A DNA stretch of 64,000 nucleotides. Source: Clostridia bacterium. Its GTDB lineage: Bacteria > Bacillota > Clostridia > Acetivibrionales > STF1-152. The DNA lies in contig JANQLN010000068.1 of assembly GCA_028280575.1 (NCBI GenBank), forward strand, positions 19,580 to 83,579. Reading direction: 5' to 3'. The position numbers were made by a program, and so were the translations under genes. Below the pieces are notes generated by a model that saw only the letters and a list, made by a program, of their open reading frames with translations, was not told the DNA's origin and did not search any database. Below, piece by piece: positions 1 to 11,359 of this stretch. Position 1 is the stretch's first letter, and each line of letters opens with the position of its first letter.

Positions 1-337
1 GAACAATGTACTGGGTCACACAAAGTCTGAACAGTGCAAGCAGGTGATCAGGTGGCTGACACGGGATAGCCTTCCTGCCTACGTCTATTCACTGCACAAA
101 GCCAACCTTTGGGTTAGAGAAAATCCTTCGGGGCTGAAGGTTCTTACTCTGCTAAACTCAAGTATGGATGCGGCAGAGGATCTCATTCTTCATGTGCGCA
201 CTGGTCTGGATTACCTGCTCATTATCGACGGGAATATGCGCAAGGTTCAGGTAGCAGCGTCAGGTGCTGACGGTGAATACCGGATTTTCAAGTTGCCGCA
301 ACTTAAACCGTGGAGCGTTTATTTGATTACGGAGTGA
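1..337 (+). CDS. 3' end of a gene truncated by the window edge (hypothetical, possibly glycoside-hydrolase C-terminal domain)
   Basis: Frame of ORF 44..337 stays open back to the window start; stop TGA at 335-337; no diagnostic motif. Confidence 0.5.
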   Translation, partial: NNVLGHTKSEQCKQVIRWLTRDSLPAYVYSLHKANLWVRENPSGLKVLTLLNSSMDAAEDLILHVRTGLDYLLIIDGNMRKVQVAASGADGEYRIFKLPQLKPWSVYLITE

Positions 338-344
338 TCAAGCG

Positions 345-620
345 TAAGAAATTTTTTTGATTAACTGATAAGAAAATCATCCAGCAAGCGGACCATTACG
401 CTGGAATTGGTGCCGTATCACATCGCCGTAGCGGACGGCGGATGGAGCTGCGGCGGAACGGCCACCAGGCCAGTTATCGGAAAGTAGCCAGACATATGGA
501 AGAAATGGGGCTTCGTTCGGTTCACAGACGGCGCCGGCAGCGATGCCTGACCGACAGCAGGAAAGTGCGTGCAGGTGGATATCCGAGCCTTGTACGGGGG
601 CTTGATATTACTGATCCGTT
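345..620 (+). pseudogene. IS3-family transposase (OrfB) remnant
   Basis: ELRRNGHQASYRKVARHMEEMGL...LTDSRK...YPSLVRGLDITDP resembles the IS3 OrfB segment just before the DDE core; similarity stops at about 620; no DDE domain. Confidence 0.7.
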
Positions 621-722
621 TAATTTTTTGTCCGTAAAAGTGTTGACGACCCATAAACATAGAGCTCGAAAGCTTTTAGAGTTTTCGAGAGGATTATTTA
701 AAAGGGAGGGAGGTATTTTATA

Positions 723-2786
723 ATGCTTTCTCAATTTGTATATGGAACACAGTATTATCGGGCTCCTACTCCTTTACCTGAAGAATGGGAAAAAGATATA
801 TCTAAATTTGATTCTCTGGGGATTAACTATTTTCAAATAAGGGCTCAATGGCGTTGGAACGAACCGAGAGAAGGTGTTTATTGTTTTGATGATATAGATA
901 GGCTATTTGAAATTGCTGGAAAATGCGACAAAAAAGTTATTTTCAAGTTTATGCTGGAGTGTGCTCCACAATATATTTTTAGAAAATATAATGGTGTACG
1001 TCGCGACTTTAACGGACAGCCACTAAGAGAAGGCACCAATGGCTCTATGTATGTCGGAGGCTGGTGGCCTTGTTTTGAAAATCCTAAAGTTAGAGATCAT
1101 GCAACACGATTTGTTGAAAAATGTGTAATACGTTACAAGGACTTTCCTCAGCTAGTGCTTTGGAATACATGGAATGAGCCTCGGTCAAGACCCGCCGAAG
1201 ATTGTGCCTGTGAATACTCAATAAGGATATTTAGGAAATGGCTGGAATCAAAATATGAGAATATAGAAAAATTTAATTCATTTTTTGGAGTAAGAGAAGA
1301 TAGCTTTTCTACTATATCAGCACCAGGTATGCCCCATGGATACTGGGATTTTTTCCTTTTCCGAAAATGGAGAGGCACTTCTGTTCTTGCGGAAAGAATA
1401 AAATGGGTATATGACACTATTAGAAAGCACGATACTAGCAGACCCATCATGGCACATGTGGGCTATTCCTCCTGTATTCAAGATACCGCCAGAGATACGA
1501 GTGATGATTTTTCTATAAGTAAAAGTACTGATTTTTATGGAACCTCATTTCCGGTGGAGTCAAGTCTAAAAACACAAAAAGATGAAGTTCTTTGTGGATT
1601 GATTGTGGATTTTATCAGGCATATTGATAAAAACTTCTTTGTACATGAATTATATCCAGACTGGGGAAATTGGACAATGCCTGTTTCTGTTGAAGACTTG
1701 AGATTTAAAGTATGGACAATCCTCTCCCGTGCTGCAAAAGGCATTGTGTATTGGCAATACAGAGCTGAAAGGTTAGGGAATGAGAATAATCTTGCAGGAT
1801 TGGTGAATATGGATGGCAGGTTTAACAATCGGAGCATTGAAGCTGGTAAGATAGGTAAAATTATAAATCAGAATAAAGAGCTTTTCCACAAATTGAATGT
1901 TCCAAGGTCTGATGTTGGAATATTGTACGACTTTGATTCTGCATTGATTTCACAAATTGAAGATACAGGTAGAGACTTGTGGGACTTTTCAATCAAAAAA
2001 AATGCAATAAATGCATTTAATCAAGCACACAGAGGTATGTATGAATTATTCTTTAATTTATCTGTTCCTGTAGACTATATGGATACAAGAGATCTGGAAA
2101 AAATTTTGGATTACCGCATTATTTATGCTCCTTACTTAACTATGATAAAGCCTGAAACAGCAAAGAAACTGGAAAAATTTGTTTTTAATGGAGGGTTATT
2201 GCTTGCGGATGAAGGGTTCGGATTAAGGCAGCAAAATACATGGCTGCATACAAATTATCAAAATGCAGAATGGAAAAATCTTATACCTGCCTTTTGGATT
2301 GATAGAGTAAAGAATAATGGAGAGGATAAAATACTGCTGCCTACAGGAAAAGTAAGTGTGACCCCAATGAGAACTGTCTTCAAATCGGAAAGCGGGATAG
2401 TTTTAGCTAAGTATATGAACGGTCAACCTGCAATATACCAGTTTACTTATGGTAAAGGTAATATTATTTTGTTTGGAAGTTCAATTGGATACAGTTTTCA
2501 AAAATTTGCGGAACGTCCATGGATTGAGTGGATTGGTCAATATATTGAAAAGAGGATAATTCGTAAGAATCCTTGTGATAATATTGAAAAGGGTATTTAC
2601 AGCAGAACTCTTAAAGCAGATAATAAAGAAGTAATTATAATCTTTAATAGGTCAAAAATGAAGCAGCAAGTAAATTATGCATTTGGTAAAAACTCATATG
2701 AAATTACAGGTGAAGTCAATTTTAATGGAAAATATGGAAAAGTGACTATAGACTCAGGTAAGGTTGCATGTATTGTTCTTGAATGA
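723..2786 (+). CDS. Beta-galactosidase, GH42-like
   Basis: YGTQYY, W..EP.EG.Y.F, WNTWNEP acid/base motif, C-terminal trimerisation-like domain; RBS gggaggt upstream. Confidence 0.85.
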   Translation: MLSQFVYGTQYYRAPTPLPEEWEKDISKFDSLGINYFQIRAQWRWNEPREGVYCFDDIDRLFEIAGKCDKKVIFKFMLECAPQYIFRKYNGVRRDFNGQPLREGTNGSMYVGGWWPCFENPKVRDHATRFVEKCVIRYKDFPQLVLWNTWNEPRSRPAEDCACEYSIRIFRKWLESKYENIEKFNSFFGVREDSFSTISAPGMPHGYWDFFLFRKWRGTSVLAERIKWVYDTIRKHDTSRPIMAHVGYSSCIQDTARDTSDDFSISKSTDFYGTSFPVESSLKTQKDEVLCGLIVDFIRHIDKNFFVHELYPDWGNWTMPVSVEDLRFKVWTILSRAAKGIVYWQYRAERLGNENNLAGLVNMDGRFNNRSIEAGKIGKIINQNKELFHKLNVPRSDVGILYDFDSALISQIEDTGRDLWDFSIKKNAINAFNQAHRGMYELFFNLSVPVDYMDTRDLEKILDYRIIYAPYLTMIKPETAKKLEKFVFNGGLLLADEGFGLRQQNTWLHTNYQNAEWKNLIPAFWIDRVKNNGEDKILLPTGKVSVTPMRTVFKSESGIVLAKYMNGQPAIYQFTYGKGNIILFGSSIGYSFQKFAERPWIEWIGQYIEKRIIRKNPCDNIEKGIYSRTLKADNKEVIIIFNRSKMKQQVNYAFGKNSYEITGEVNFNGKYGKVTIDSGKVACIVLE

Positions 2787-3037
2787 TCGGATGTATTCTA
2801 CAATTTTGGACAAGGAAATAAGCAGTGGACGCCTAAAATTTAGCGCTTGAGGGTTGACAAGGAGCCTCTGCCACCATGATGAACGGCAGTGGGGGCGTGA
2901 TACGTTGACCAATAGTGCAAAGGAGAAAATCACTGCAGAGGAAGAGAAGATTAATGTATTGCTACTGGCACCGGCTTATTATAATTACAAAGCAATTGCC
3001 AGTAAATATTTAGCAAAATAATAGGAGAAGTATTTTT

Positions 3038-3970
3038 ATGCTATTCAAAGAAAAAATATTGGAATGTTTGGGGAAATTCCCGGAGAAGGCTAAATTAAAA
3101 CCAAAAGTAATTGAGTCTATTGATAAGGGAACACATATTCTGCAATTGATAGAATACAATGTAGAAATGAATGAACGTATAAGAGCTTATCTTATGCTGC
3201 CTGGCAAGTTGAAAAGTGGAAATCCGGCAATTATTGCATCCCATCAGCATGGGAATGAGTATTTTCTGGGTAAATCCGAACCTGCCGGATTAAGTGCAAA
3301 TCCAATGTATCACTATGGACTTGATTTGTGTTTGAAAGGATATGTGGTCCTTTGTCCCGATCATCTGGGATTTGAAGATAGAAGACCTCAGGAATATAAG
3401 AGAATAGGGAATAATAACTTGCAGGAGGCAAACTATGAAAGATTTCTTTTCTGTAAGTACATACTGGAAGGAAGTACTCTTCAAGCTAAATACTTATCAG
3501 ACTTGAGCAGAGGAATTGATTTTCTTGAATCTCTTGATCTAGTGGATAACAACAGGATCGGTGCTATAGGTCATTCCCTTGGCGGACAGGAAACTTTTTG
3601 GCTGTCATGGTTTGAACATAGAATAAAAGCAGCAGTATCTTCATGCGGTTTCAGTCAAATCAGGACTATTCTAAGGGATGCTATAAATCATAATTTTGCA
3701 TCATATACTTACGGAATTTTGAATATAGGGGATATGGGAGATCTGGTATGTGATATTGCTCCAAAACCTTTTTTTATGGCTAATGGGAGTGAAGACTGGA
3801 TATTTCCGATTGATGGTGTTAAGGAAATTTCAGAAATGGCAGGAGATAAATATAGAAAAATGGGCAAGGCTGAGAATTTCAGATCAATCATTTTTGAAGG
3901 AGGGCATGCCTTTCCTCTTGAAGTAAAGTCTGAAGCATTTGCATGGCTGGATAAATTTTTAATGAAGTAA
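3038..3970 (+). CDS. Alpha/beta hydrolase (dienelactone hydrolase/acetylesterase-like)
   Basis: GHSLGG nucleophile elbow, downstream Asp (GSED) and GGH His; RBS aggag. Confidence 0.85.
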   Translation: MLFKEKILECLGKFPEKAKLKPKVIESIDKGTHILQLIEYNVEMNERIRAYLMLPGKLKSGNPAIIASHQHGNEYFLGKSEPAGLSANPMYHYGLDLCLKGYVVLCPDHLGFEDRRPQEYKRIGNNNLQEANYERFLFCKYILEGSTLQAKYLSDLSRGIDFLESLDLVDNNRIGAIGHSLGGQETFWLSWFEHRIKAAVSSCGFSQIRTILRDAINHNFASYTYGILNIGDMGDLVCDIAPKPFFMANGSEDWIFPIDGVKEISEMAGDKYRKMGKAENFRSIIFEGGHAFPLEVKSEAFAWLDKFLMK

Positions 3971-4226
3971 CACTAATAGTCTGTTAAGTTTATAATTGTG
4001 GATTAATTCTACCTGTAGCACTTGAGCAGTTTGATGTACGTTTTGCAGGAAAAAGCTATCGGGATTATTCACTGGATGAAAAAACGATGGCAAATGTATG
4101 GAATCATGTGAATTGTATATGTATAAGTGTGGTGCGCCACACTTGGAACAAATAATTTTACTTGATACAGGAAGACTGTTTTTGTGGCGTTTGATAGGTT
4201 TAAGTTTTTATGTGTTGATACTGACA

Positions 4227-5075
4227 TCAGCCTTTTCGATATTTGCCAGGTGTTATTTTTGAAATTTTTTTGAACACCCGGCAAAAATGCTGGATGTTAT
4301 TGAACCCACAATCGTAACAAATGTCAATGATTTTTTTCGAAGTTTCCCTTAACATTTTCTGTGCTTCTATGACTCTCCTGTTCTGTGTATACTCAACAAC
4401 TGAGAAGCCTGTTACTTTCCTGAAAACATGGGATATGTAATATTTATTGAGATGAAATTCATTTTGAAGGATATCCAGGCCGATCTCTTCCATATACCTT
4501 ACATCTATATAGCCAACAATTTTCTTGATAAGCATGTCGGTCTTATTAAGCGTTGCTGGTCTAAAGCCTTTTTCCTGCAATTTAATAATATATATGACCA
4601 GCCTTGCAAGATAAAGCTTAATGTCCGCATGGTGTAAGCTATCCTTTGTGCAAACGGGATTTTGCTTAAGATTTAAAATATTGTCCAGAATATTTATTAT
4701 TTCATATTTTTGTCTTAAGTCCGTTTCCACCTTTATATTTGAGGACCTTAGGATGTTTTCCCACAAATCTCTGATTCCCAATGCCTTAATAATATTTAAG
4801 ATAAATTTATTCTTGAAATTAATCACGTATCTTGCGTATTGAGAGTTGCTGGGATAAAGAATCCTGTGGATTTCATACTCCTTTATAAAAAGCATATCTC
4901 CGTCTTTGATGTTATAATGCCGGTCTTTTATAAATACCTGAATATCCGCTTTCATAAAAAAAGCTATTTCATGTGCATTGTGGAAGTGCTCAAGCGGACT
5001 TGTATTCTTCAATTTATAATCCTTATAGTCCAGCTGGAATCCTATATCATCAATTTGATCTACAGGGTAATCCAT
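4227..5075 (-). CDS. AraC-family transcriptional regulator
   Basis: N-terminal cupin (HFHNAHEI) and C-terminal GFNNIQHFCRVFKK..TPGKYRK. Confidence 0.93.
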   Translation of the reverse strand: MDYPVDQIDDIGFQLDYKDYKLKNTSPLEHFHNAHEIAFFMKADIQVFIKDRHYNIKDGDMLFIKEYEIHRILYPSNSQYARYVINFKNKFILNIIKALGIRDLWENILRSSNIKVETDLRQKYEIINILDNILNLKQNPVCTKDSLHHADIKLYLARLVIYIIKLQEKGFRPATLNKTDMLIKKIVGYIDVRYMEEIGLDILQNEFHLNKYYISHVFRKVTGFSVVEYTQNRRVIEAQKMLRETSKKIIDICYDCGFNNIQHFCRVFKKISKITPGKYRKG

Positions 5076-5261
5076 TTTTTATTCACACTCCTGTCATAAT
5101 ACTTATTATATAATAACACATAAGAGCAATATATGTTAGTTTTTTTTATCCTGGCAATATTCTTTAGGACATTTTTACTTGTAATCCTTATACTATCATT
5201 GTATTGATAATATGCATACAGGAGTTTTGTCAAAGGCTCCTGGACAGGAGGTATAAAGGGC

Positions 5262-6389
5262 ATGACACCCAGAGAAAGATATTTGGAAACAATTCTATTT
5301 GGAAATCCGGATAAAATTCCGTTAAACCCTGGAAACCCCAGAGAATCAACATTAAAGAAATGGAGACAGCAGGGACTGGATGAGGGGGCAGATTACATTT
5401 ATGCTGCATTGGATGTTTTGGGAATTTGCAGGGAAGCAGCACTTGCATTTAATGCAGTTGATATTTCTTTCAAAATGATACCGGAGTTTGATGTGAAAAT
5501 ACTGGAACACAAAGACAACCACTATATTGTGAGTGACTGGATGGGAGCCGTAACAGAAATATCTGATACCTATGATGAATCATATCTGAGGAGTGCAAAG
5601 GATTTCGTAACAAGAAGATGGCATAAATTCCCTGTTGAAAACAGAGAAGACTGGGAGAAGATGAAGGAAAGATTCGATATCCATACGAGGGAAAGGGTGC
5701 CTGAAGATGTAATAAAAAAATACAAGGATTCAAAAGATAGAGACTATTTATTATCTTTGAATTTCAATGGAGTTTTCTGGCAGCTCAGGGAGTGGTGCGG
5801 CTTTGAAAACCTGTGCATCATGATGGCGGAGGAACGCGGGTTCATACACGAAATGGCAGGCTTTTGGGCTGATTTTGTAGCGGGTGTTTTAAATAGGGTA
5901 CTGCCATATATACAGCCCGATAGAATCTTCATAAGTGAAGACATGGCTTATAAGGCACACAGCATGATTTCTCCTGCCATGACCCGTGAATTCATACTGC
6001 CTGCCTATAATAAATGGATACCGGAAATCAAAAAAGCAGGCTGTCCTGTTATAGAGCTGGACAGCGACGGTTACATAGAAGAATTGATACCCATATGGAT
6101 AGAAGCCGGTATCAATTGCTGCAGCCCCATAGAAGTTGCCGCACACTGTGATATTGTCAGGTTCAGGAAAAAGTTTGGCAAGCGGATGTCATATATGCAG
6201 GGAATTGACAAAAGATTGATGGCAAAAGGCCGTAATATTCTGGAAAAGCATGTAATGGTCATAGTAAAGGAGCTTTACAAGGATGGAGGCTTTATACCCG
6301 GATGTGACCATGGAGTTCCGCCAGATATATCATGGCAAAACTACGTGGAATTTACAAAGCTCCTTGCCGGACTGAGCGGTTGGCTATAG
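5262..6389 (+). CDS. Uroporphyrinogen decarboxylase/MtaA-CmuA family protein
   Basis: MTPRER start, EDMAYK, DSDG, GGFIPGCDHGVP motifs. Confidence 0.85.
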   Translation: MTPRERYLETILFGNPDKIPLNPGNPRESTLKKWRQQGLDEGADYIYAALDVLGICREAALAFNAVDISFKMIPEFDVKILEHKDNHYIVSDWMGAVTEISDTYDESYLRSAKDFVTRRWHKFPVENREDWEKMKERFDIHTRERVPEDVIKKYKDSKDRDYLLSLNFNGVFWQLREWCGFENLCIMMAEERGFIHEMAGFWADFVAGVLNRVLPYIQPDRIFISEDMAYKAHSMISPAMTREFILPAYNKWIPEIKKAGCPVIELDSDGYIEELIPIWIEAGINCCSPIEVAAHCDIVRFRKKFGKRMSYMQGIDKRLMAKGRNILEKHVMVIVKELYKDGGFIPGCDHGVPPDISWQNYVEFTKLLAGLSGWL

Positions 6390-6553
6390 GAAAAATACTG
6401 GTGAAAAAGCTCATGCACTAGGCTTCTTCTTATAGCAGCTTTTCAGATACAGATAGTAAGAGCAATTTGCTTAGTAAAAGTATTTGTTTACAAAATAAAT
6501 GAAATACGATATATTGGGTATGTTTAGTACCTTTCTCAATTTGAGGTGATTTA

Positions 6554-6715
6554 ATGACAAATGAAGTAAATCTTATAACAAAAGATGTAATTGTAGTCGG
6601 AGGGGGAATGGCCGGTATATCTGCTGCAATATCGGCAGCAGAGAAAGGGGCAGGGTTTAGGACCTCCTGCAATAATAGTAATAAAAAGCTTGCCTATTGT
6701 CAGCAGTCATTGTGA
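6554..6715 (+). pseudogene. N-terminal fragment of an FAD-dependent oxidoreductase
   Basis: RBS gaggtg plus MTNEVNLITKDVIVVGGGMAGISAAISAAEKGA (Rossmann GxGxxG), then unrelated sequence and a stop after 53 aa. Confidence 0.75.
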
Positions 6716-6734
6716 AATGTCAGGAGGTTTTTTA

Positions 6735-7385
6735 GTGAAGTATAAATATATTTTCTTTGATTTAGATGGAACTCTTACCGATCCTAAAGTAGGGATAACC
6801 AAATCTGTACAATATGCTTTAGAGAAAACTGGAATAGAGGGAGTAGCTTTAAGTGAACTAAAGAAATTTATTGGCCCGCCCCTGAAAGAATCATTTATGG
6901 AGTTTTATTATTATGATGAACAGACAGTAATACCTGCAATTAAATACTATAGAGAGTATTTTCAAGAGCAAGGGATCTTTGAGAATAAAGTTTATCAAGG
7001 TATACCCGGTTTATTAGATGAGCTGACAAAGAAGGGTATAATCAATGTGGTTGCTACATCAAAACCGACAATTTTTGCCGATAGAATTGTAGAACATTTT
7101 GGTTTAAAGAAATATTTTCATAGTATAGTAGGTAGTAATTTAGATGGAACTCGGAGCAGTAAAGCGGAAATAATAAGCTATATCATCACTAAACTAAATA
7201 TTAACACAATGGAAAATATTGTTATGATCGGGGATCGAAAATATGATGTAATTGGGGCACAGCATAATAATATTGATTCAATCGGCGTTTCATATGGGTA
7301 TGGAACAATCGAAGAATTAAGGTCAGCTGACCCGACTTTTATAGTGAATTCAATCAGTGAATTGCATAAATTATGCATAAAATAA
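6735..7385 (+). CDS. HAD-superfamily hydrolase (5'-nucleotidase/phosphoglycolate phosphatase-like)
   Basis: FDLDGTL, ATSK, MIGDR motifs; GTG start at 6735 after aggagg. Confidence 0.9.
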   Translation: MKYKYIFFDLDGTLTDPKVGITKSVQYALEKTGIEGVALSELKKFIGPPLKESFMEFYYYDEQTVIPAIKYYREYFQEQGIFENKVYQGIPGLLDELTKKGIINVVATSKPTIFADRIVEHFGLKKYFHSIVGSNLDGTRSSKAEIISYIITKLNINTMENIVMIGDRKYDVIGAQHNNIDSIGVSYGYGTIEELRSADPTFIVNSISELHKLCIK

Positions 7386-7647
7386 TTTCATTTATAAATA
7401 CGGCCACAAATGGGGAGTGGTTTTATGAATATAATTAAAAGTAGGAAATTTCATTTATCTGCTCTTTATACCTTTGATAGTTATTGGTCTAATAATATAT
7501 TCTTACGTCTTATATAAATAAGATGGAGACAAAACTATGAAATACTCAACTGCACTAATTGAAAAAGTCGATGTTTTCATGAAATTTGATTCCTGTGAGG
7601 AAATATAATATAATAAATTTAGATTTTAAAATTTAGATTTTAAAAAG

Positions 7648-9045
7648 GTGAATATTATGTTTGTTGGACGACAGACTGAATTGGCAAAATTTAATGAACG
7701 GTATAATGGTTCGAAAGCAGAATTGATTTTTTTATACGGCAGAAGAAGAGTAGGTAAAACCGAGTTTCTCAGGAAATTTGCAGAAGACAAATCACAGGTC
7801 TTATTTTTCAGTGCCACTGAAAGCAGTGATTTTGAACAACGGCAAAAAGTTAAATTAAGGATGGTCACAAGCGGATTCCAAGGTAATTGCGAATTGTTAA
7901 ATAGTTGGGAAAGTATTTTTAGTAATATGGCTTCTCTTAATAATAATGGCAAATCGTTGGTTATTATTGATGAATTTCAGTACATGTTTTCCAGTAACAA
8001 GGCGATACCTTCCATATTGCAAAATGTATGGGATGAATATTTGTCCAGGTCAAATATAATGCTGATATTATGTGGGTCTGCAATGAGTTTTATTGAAAAT
8101 GAAATATTAGGGTCTAAGAATCCTTTATATGGCAGGGGAACTGCTATTTTTAAGATGAAGGAACTAAACTTTTATGAGGCTGGCAAGTTTTTCCCATATT
8201 ACTCAGCAGAGGATAAAATGAGAGCTTATATGATTTTAGGAGGGATTCCATTTTATTTGAAACAATTCGACAGCAGCAAGTCTGTGGAATATAACATTAA
8301 AACCAATATTATATCTTCAGAAACAATTTTATATAATGAAATAGATTTTTTGATGAAGCAGGAGCTGAGGGAGACAGCAATTTACAATACCATAATTGCA
8401 GCTATTGCTCTTGGAAATACAAGGTTAAATGATATTTACCAGAAAACACAAATTGACAAAGCCAAAATAACTACTTATATCAAAAACCTTATAGATATAC
8501 ATGTGGTTGAAAGGGAAATGTCCATTAGTGCCGAAATAAAAGAATCAGCAAAAGTACAAAGAGGGATATATAGGATTAGTGATAATTATTTTCGTTTTTG
8601 GTATCGCTATGTATACCCTAACAAAAGTGAAATAGAAATCGGGTTTAATGAATATTTGTATGAAGATGTCATTGAGCAGAATTTAAATGAGTTTTTTGGA
8701 ATAGGGTTTGAAGATATTGCTGTACAATATATGTGGCGCCAAAATATGAAAGGAAATTTACCAATGCGATTTAGTAAATTTGGTCGGTTTTGGAGAAAGG
8801 ATTTGGAAATTGATATTTTTGCAATTGGTAAGTCAGGCATGATAATAGGTGAATGCAAATGGAAAAATAGTGCTCCGGGTAAAGGAGTTTATGAGAGCCT
8901 GTTAGCCAAATCTCAAAGGTTTACCGACTATAAGGATAAGTATTATTATATTTTCAGCAGGAGCGGTTTTACTCAAAGCCTTAAAGATTTGGCAAAAGAG
9001 TATCCAAATATATATCTTATCAGTATTGACGACTTGGCTGTTTGA
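7648..9045 (+). CDS. Archaeal-type AAA ATPase with C-terminal DUF234/PD-(D/E)XK-like domain
   Basis: FVGR..EL, GRRRVGKT Walker A, IIDEFQY Walker B, EIDI...GECKW. Confidence 0.88.
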   Translation: MNIMFVGRQTELAKFNERYNGSKAELIFLYGRRRVGKTEFLRKFAEDKSQVLFFSATESSDFEQRQKVKLRMVTSGFQGNCELLNSWESIFSNMASLNNNGKSLVIIDEFQYMFSSNKAIPSILQNVWDEYLSRSNIMLILCGSAMSFIENEILGSKNPLYGRGTAIFKMKELNFYEAGKFFPYYSAEDKMRAYMILGGIPFYLKQFDSSKSVEYNIKTNIISSETILYNEIDFLMKQELRETAIYNTIIAAIALGNTRLNDIYQKTQIDKAKITTYIKNLIDIHVVEREMSISAEIKESAKVQRGIYRISDNYFRFWYRYVYPNKSEIEIGFNEYLYEDVIEQNLNEFFGIGFEDIAVQYMWRQNMKGNLPMRFSKFGRFWRKDLEIDIFAIGKSGMIIGECKWKNSAPGKGVYESLLAKSQRFTDYKDKYYYIFSRSGFTQSLKDLAKEYPNIYLISIDDLAV

Positions 9046-9106
9046 CGGAACCAGGAATTTTACCGAAATTAAGTGTTACTCCTATAAAAGGAGGACATCT
9101 TGATGA

Positions 9107-9340
9107 AAATACTTATTGGTTTTTATGAAGGACACTTTAAGCGGATTTGCCGCATATGAGTTGGAGACAGCCCTGTAGGCCCATCTGGAGAGATTATACC
9201 TGTTTACTATACTCCTGAAAAAGATCAATCGAAAAATATTGTAACTTATAATGCAAAAGCACACCCTCATTTATCACAGGATGGGGAATTGTTAATCAGT
9301 TATAATGTCAATTCAACTGATTGGAATGCATTGGATGACG
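9107..9340 (+). pseudogene. C-terminal fragment of a DUF4185/DUF5005-like protein
   Basis: Frameshifted reading SPVGP...YNAKAHPHLSQDGELLISYNVNS, no start; family assignment from recalled motif. Confidence 0.5.
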
Positions 9341-9389
9341 TGACCCACAATTTCACAATGCTGCGTTCTGATTTCACCTTGAAACCAAA

Positions 9390-9626
9390 ATGATGAACCG
9401 GGAGATTTTTGGTCCTGCCCTGCCTGTTGTCAGTTTTGATAATCACAATGAGGCTGTAAAAATAATAAATGGCAAAGCCGCTTCCCTGGCAGTGTACCTT
9501 TTTACAAAAAACAGGACAATTGAAGAATTTTTTGTTTTAAATACTGTTTCCGGTGGAATATGTGTAAATGTAAATTATTTAAGAAGATGCTTCCTCCATA
9601 CAGGATGCAGGATTTTAATAAAATGA
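9390..9626 (+). pseudogene. Aldehyde dehydrogenase fragment
   Basis: EIFGPALPV, LAVYLFT, SGGICVN only; N- and C-terminal parts missing. Confidence 0.8.
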
Positions 9627-9752
9627 AGCTATTCATGAAAATATTTAATAAATAAATGATAGGAATTTCAACTGGTACGGCATAGTGGGTAATATGTTTA
9701 AAGATATAGAGCGAATTTGCAAAAGTGTTTTACTGACAAGGGGTGCATTATT

Positions 9753-11324
9753 ATGAGAAGGAAAAAAGTGATAATTGTTGGGGCAGGTCCGGGAGGATTA
9801 AGTGCAGGAATGCTTTTGTCCCATGAAGGATATGATGTAGAAGTATTTGAAAAACAGTCAGAAGTGGGGGGCAGGAATGCACCAATAAAACTTGGGGATT
9901 TTACCTTTGACGCCGGTCCTACATTTCTTATGATGACAAGTGTTCTAAAAGAGCTGTTTTCTATAACCGGAAGGAATATAAATGACTACTTGGAAATGAA
10001 AGAAATAGATCCTTTTTACAGGCTGAAATTCAAAAACAAAAATATTGAATTCTTCCCCACCAGGAATAGGGCGAAAATGCTCGAGCATATAAAAGAGATA
10101 TTTCCGGGGGATGAAAAAAATTATGAGAAATTCTTAAGAAAAGAAGGCATCAAGTTTGACAAGCTGTTTGAATGTTTAAAGATTCCATACCATTCACCTC
10201 TCCACTTTTTAAGAAAGCGTTTTATAAGAGCCATACCTGAATTTGAGATAGGTAAATCTCTTTACCGCAAGCTTTCCGACTATTTTGAGCATGATGAAAT
10301 GAAAATATCAATGACTTTCCAGGCTAAATATCTTGGAATGTCTCCCTGGGAATGTCCGGGAGCATTTACCATTCTTTCTTTCATTGAGCATGACGGCGGT
10401 ATTTATCATGTTACAGGAGGGTTAAACAGGATATCCCATGCAATGGCTGATGTGATTAAAGAAAACGGAGGTAATATACACCTTGAATCTGAAGTTGAAG
10501 AGGTTTTGGCTGAAAACAAAAAAGCCAGGGGTATAAAGCTTAAGAGCGGTGAAATGATTTATTCCGACTATGTTATAATAAATGCAGACTTTGCCCATGC
10601 TATGACCAATATAGTAAGCAAAAAAAACAGGAAAAAATATATGGACAGGGATATTGAAAGAAGAGATTACTCCTGTTCTACCTTCATGCTCTATCTTGGT
10701 CTGGACAAAAAATATGATTTACCCCATCACAATATTATCTTTGCTGATGACTATAAAAAGAATGTTGAAGAAATATACAAAGAAAAGTCACTGTCACAAG
10801 ATCCCTCCTTCTATTTGCATAATCCCTCGGCTATTGACACTACTCTCGCCCCGGAAGGAAAGTCAGCAGTATATATACTTGTGCCCGTTGCTAATAACAC
10901 TAGTAAAATAGACTGGGATAAAGAAAAAAAGGCGTTCCGGGACCTTATAATAAAAAAAATCAAAGAAAAAACTGAAATAAAGGACATTGAACGGCATATT
11001 GAAGTAGAAAAGATAATCACGCCCCATGACTGGGAGAAAGAATACGATATATATAACGGAGCCACTTTCAACCTAAGCCATAAACTTACCCAGATGCTTT
11101 ATTTCAGACCTCACAACAAGTTTGAGGAGTTTGACAAATGCTTTATAGCCGGAGGAGGTACCCATCCCGGAAGCGGCCTTCCCACCATATACCAGTCAGG
11201 AAGGATTGCAGCAAATTTAATAATAAAGGAAGATACAATAGGTTTGGGCATTAATTATAAAGATGAATTCGAAAATAATATAAAGAATACGGAAACAGGT
11301 AAATTTCCGGGAGTGGGAATATAA
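9753..11324 (+). CDS. Phytoene/diapophytoene desaturase family (CrtI/CrtN/CrtP)
   Basis: IVGAGPGGL FAD motif, FDAGPT, GGGTHPGSGLPTIYQSGRIAA C-terminal signature; ATG at 9753. Confidence 0.9.
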   Translation: MRRKKVIIVGAGPGGLSAGMLLSHEGYDVEVFEKQSEVGGRNAPIKLGDFTFDAGPTFLMMTSVLKELFSITGRNINDYLEMKEIDPFYRLKFKNKNIEFFPTRNRAKMLEHIKEIFPGDEKNYEKFLRKEGIKFDKLFECLKIPYHSPLHFLRKRFIRAIPEFEIGKSLYRKLSDYFEHDEMKISMTFQAKYLGMSPWECPGAFTILSFIEHDGGIYHVTGGLNRISHAMADVIKENGGNIHLESEVEEVLAENKKARGIKLKSGEMIYSDYVIINADFAHAMTNIVSKKNRKKYMDRDIERRDYSCSTFMLYLGLDKKYDLPHHNIIFADDYKKNVEEIYKEKSLSQDPSFYLHNPSAIDTTLAPEGKSAVYILVPVANNTSKIDWDKEKKAFRDLIIKKIKEKTEIKDIERHIEVEKIITPHDWEKEYDIYNGATFNLSHKLTQMLYFRPHNKFEEFDKCFIAGGGTHPGSGLPTIYQSGRIAANLIIKEDTIGLGINYKDEFENNIKNTETGKFPGVGI

Positions 11325-11359
11325 GGTCAAGGCCATAAAAGCCCAAAAATATATTTATT

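Noticed and set aside
442-723. Intact 93-aa protein
   Set aside because: Chimeric read-through of the IS3 remnant into the GH42 upstream region
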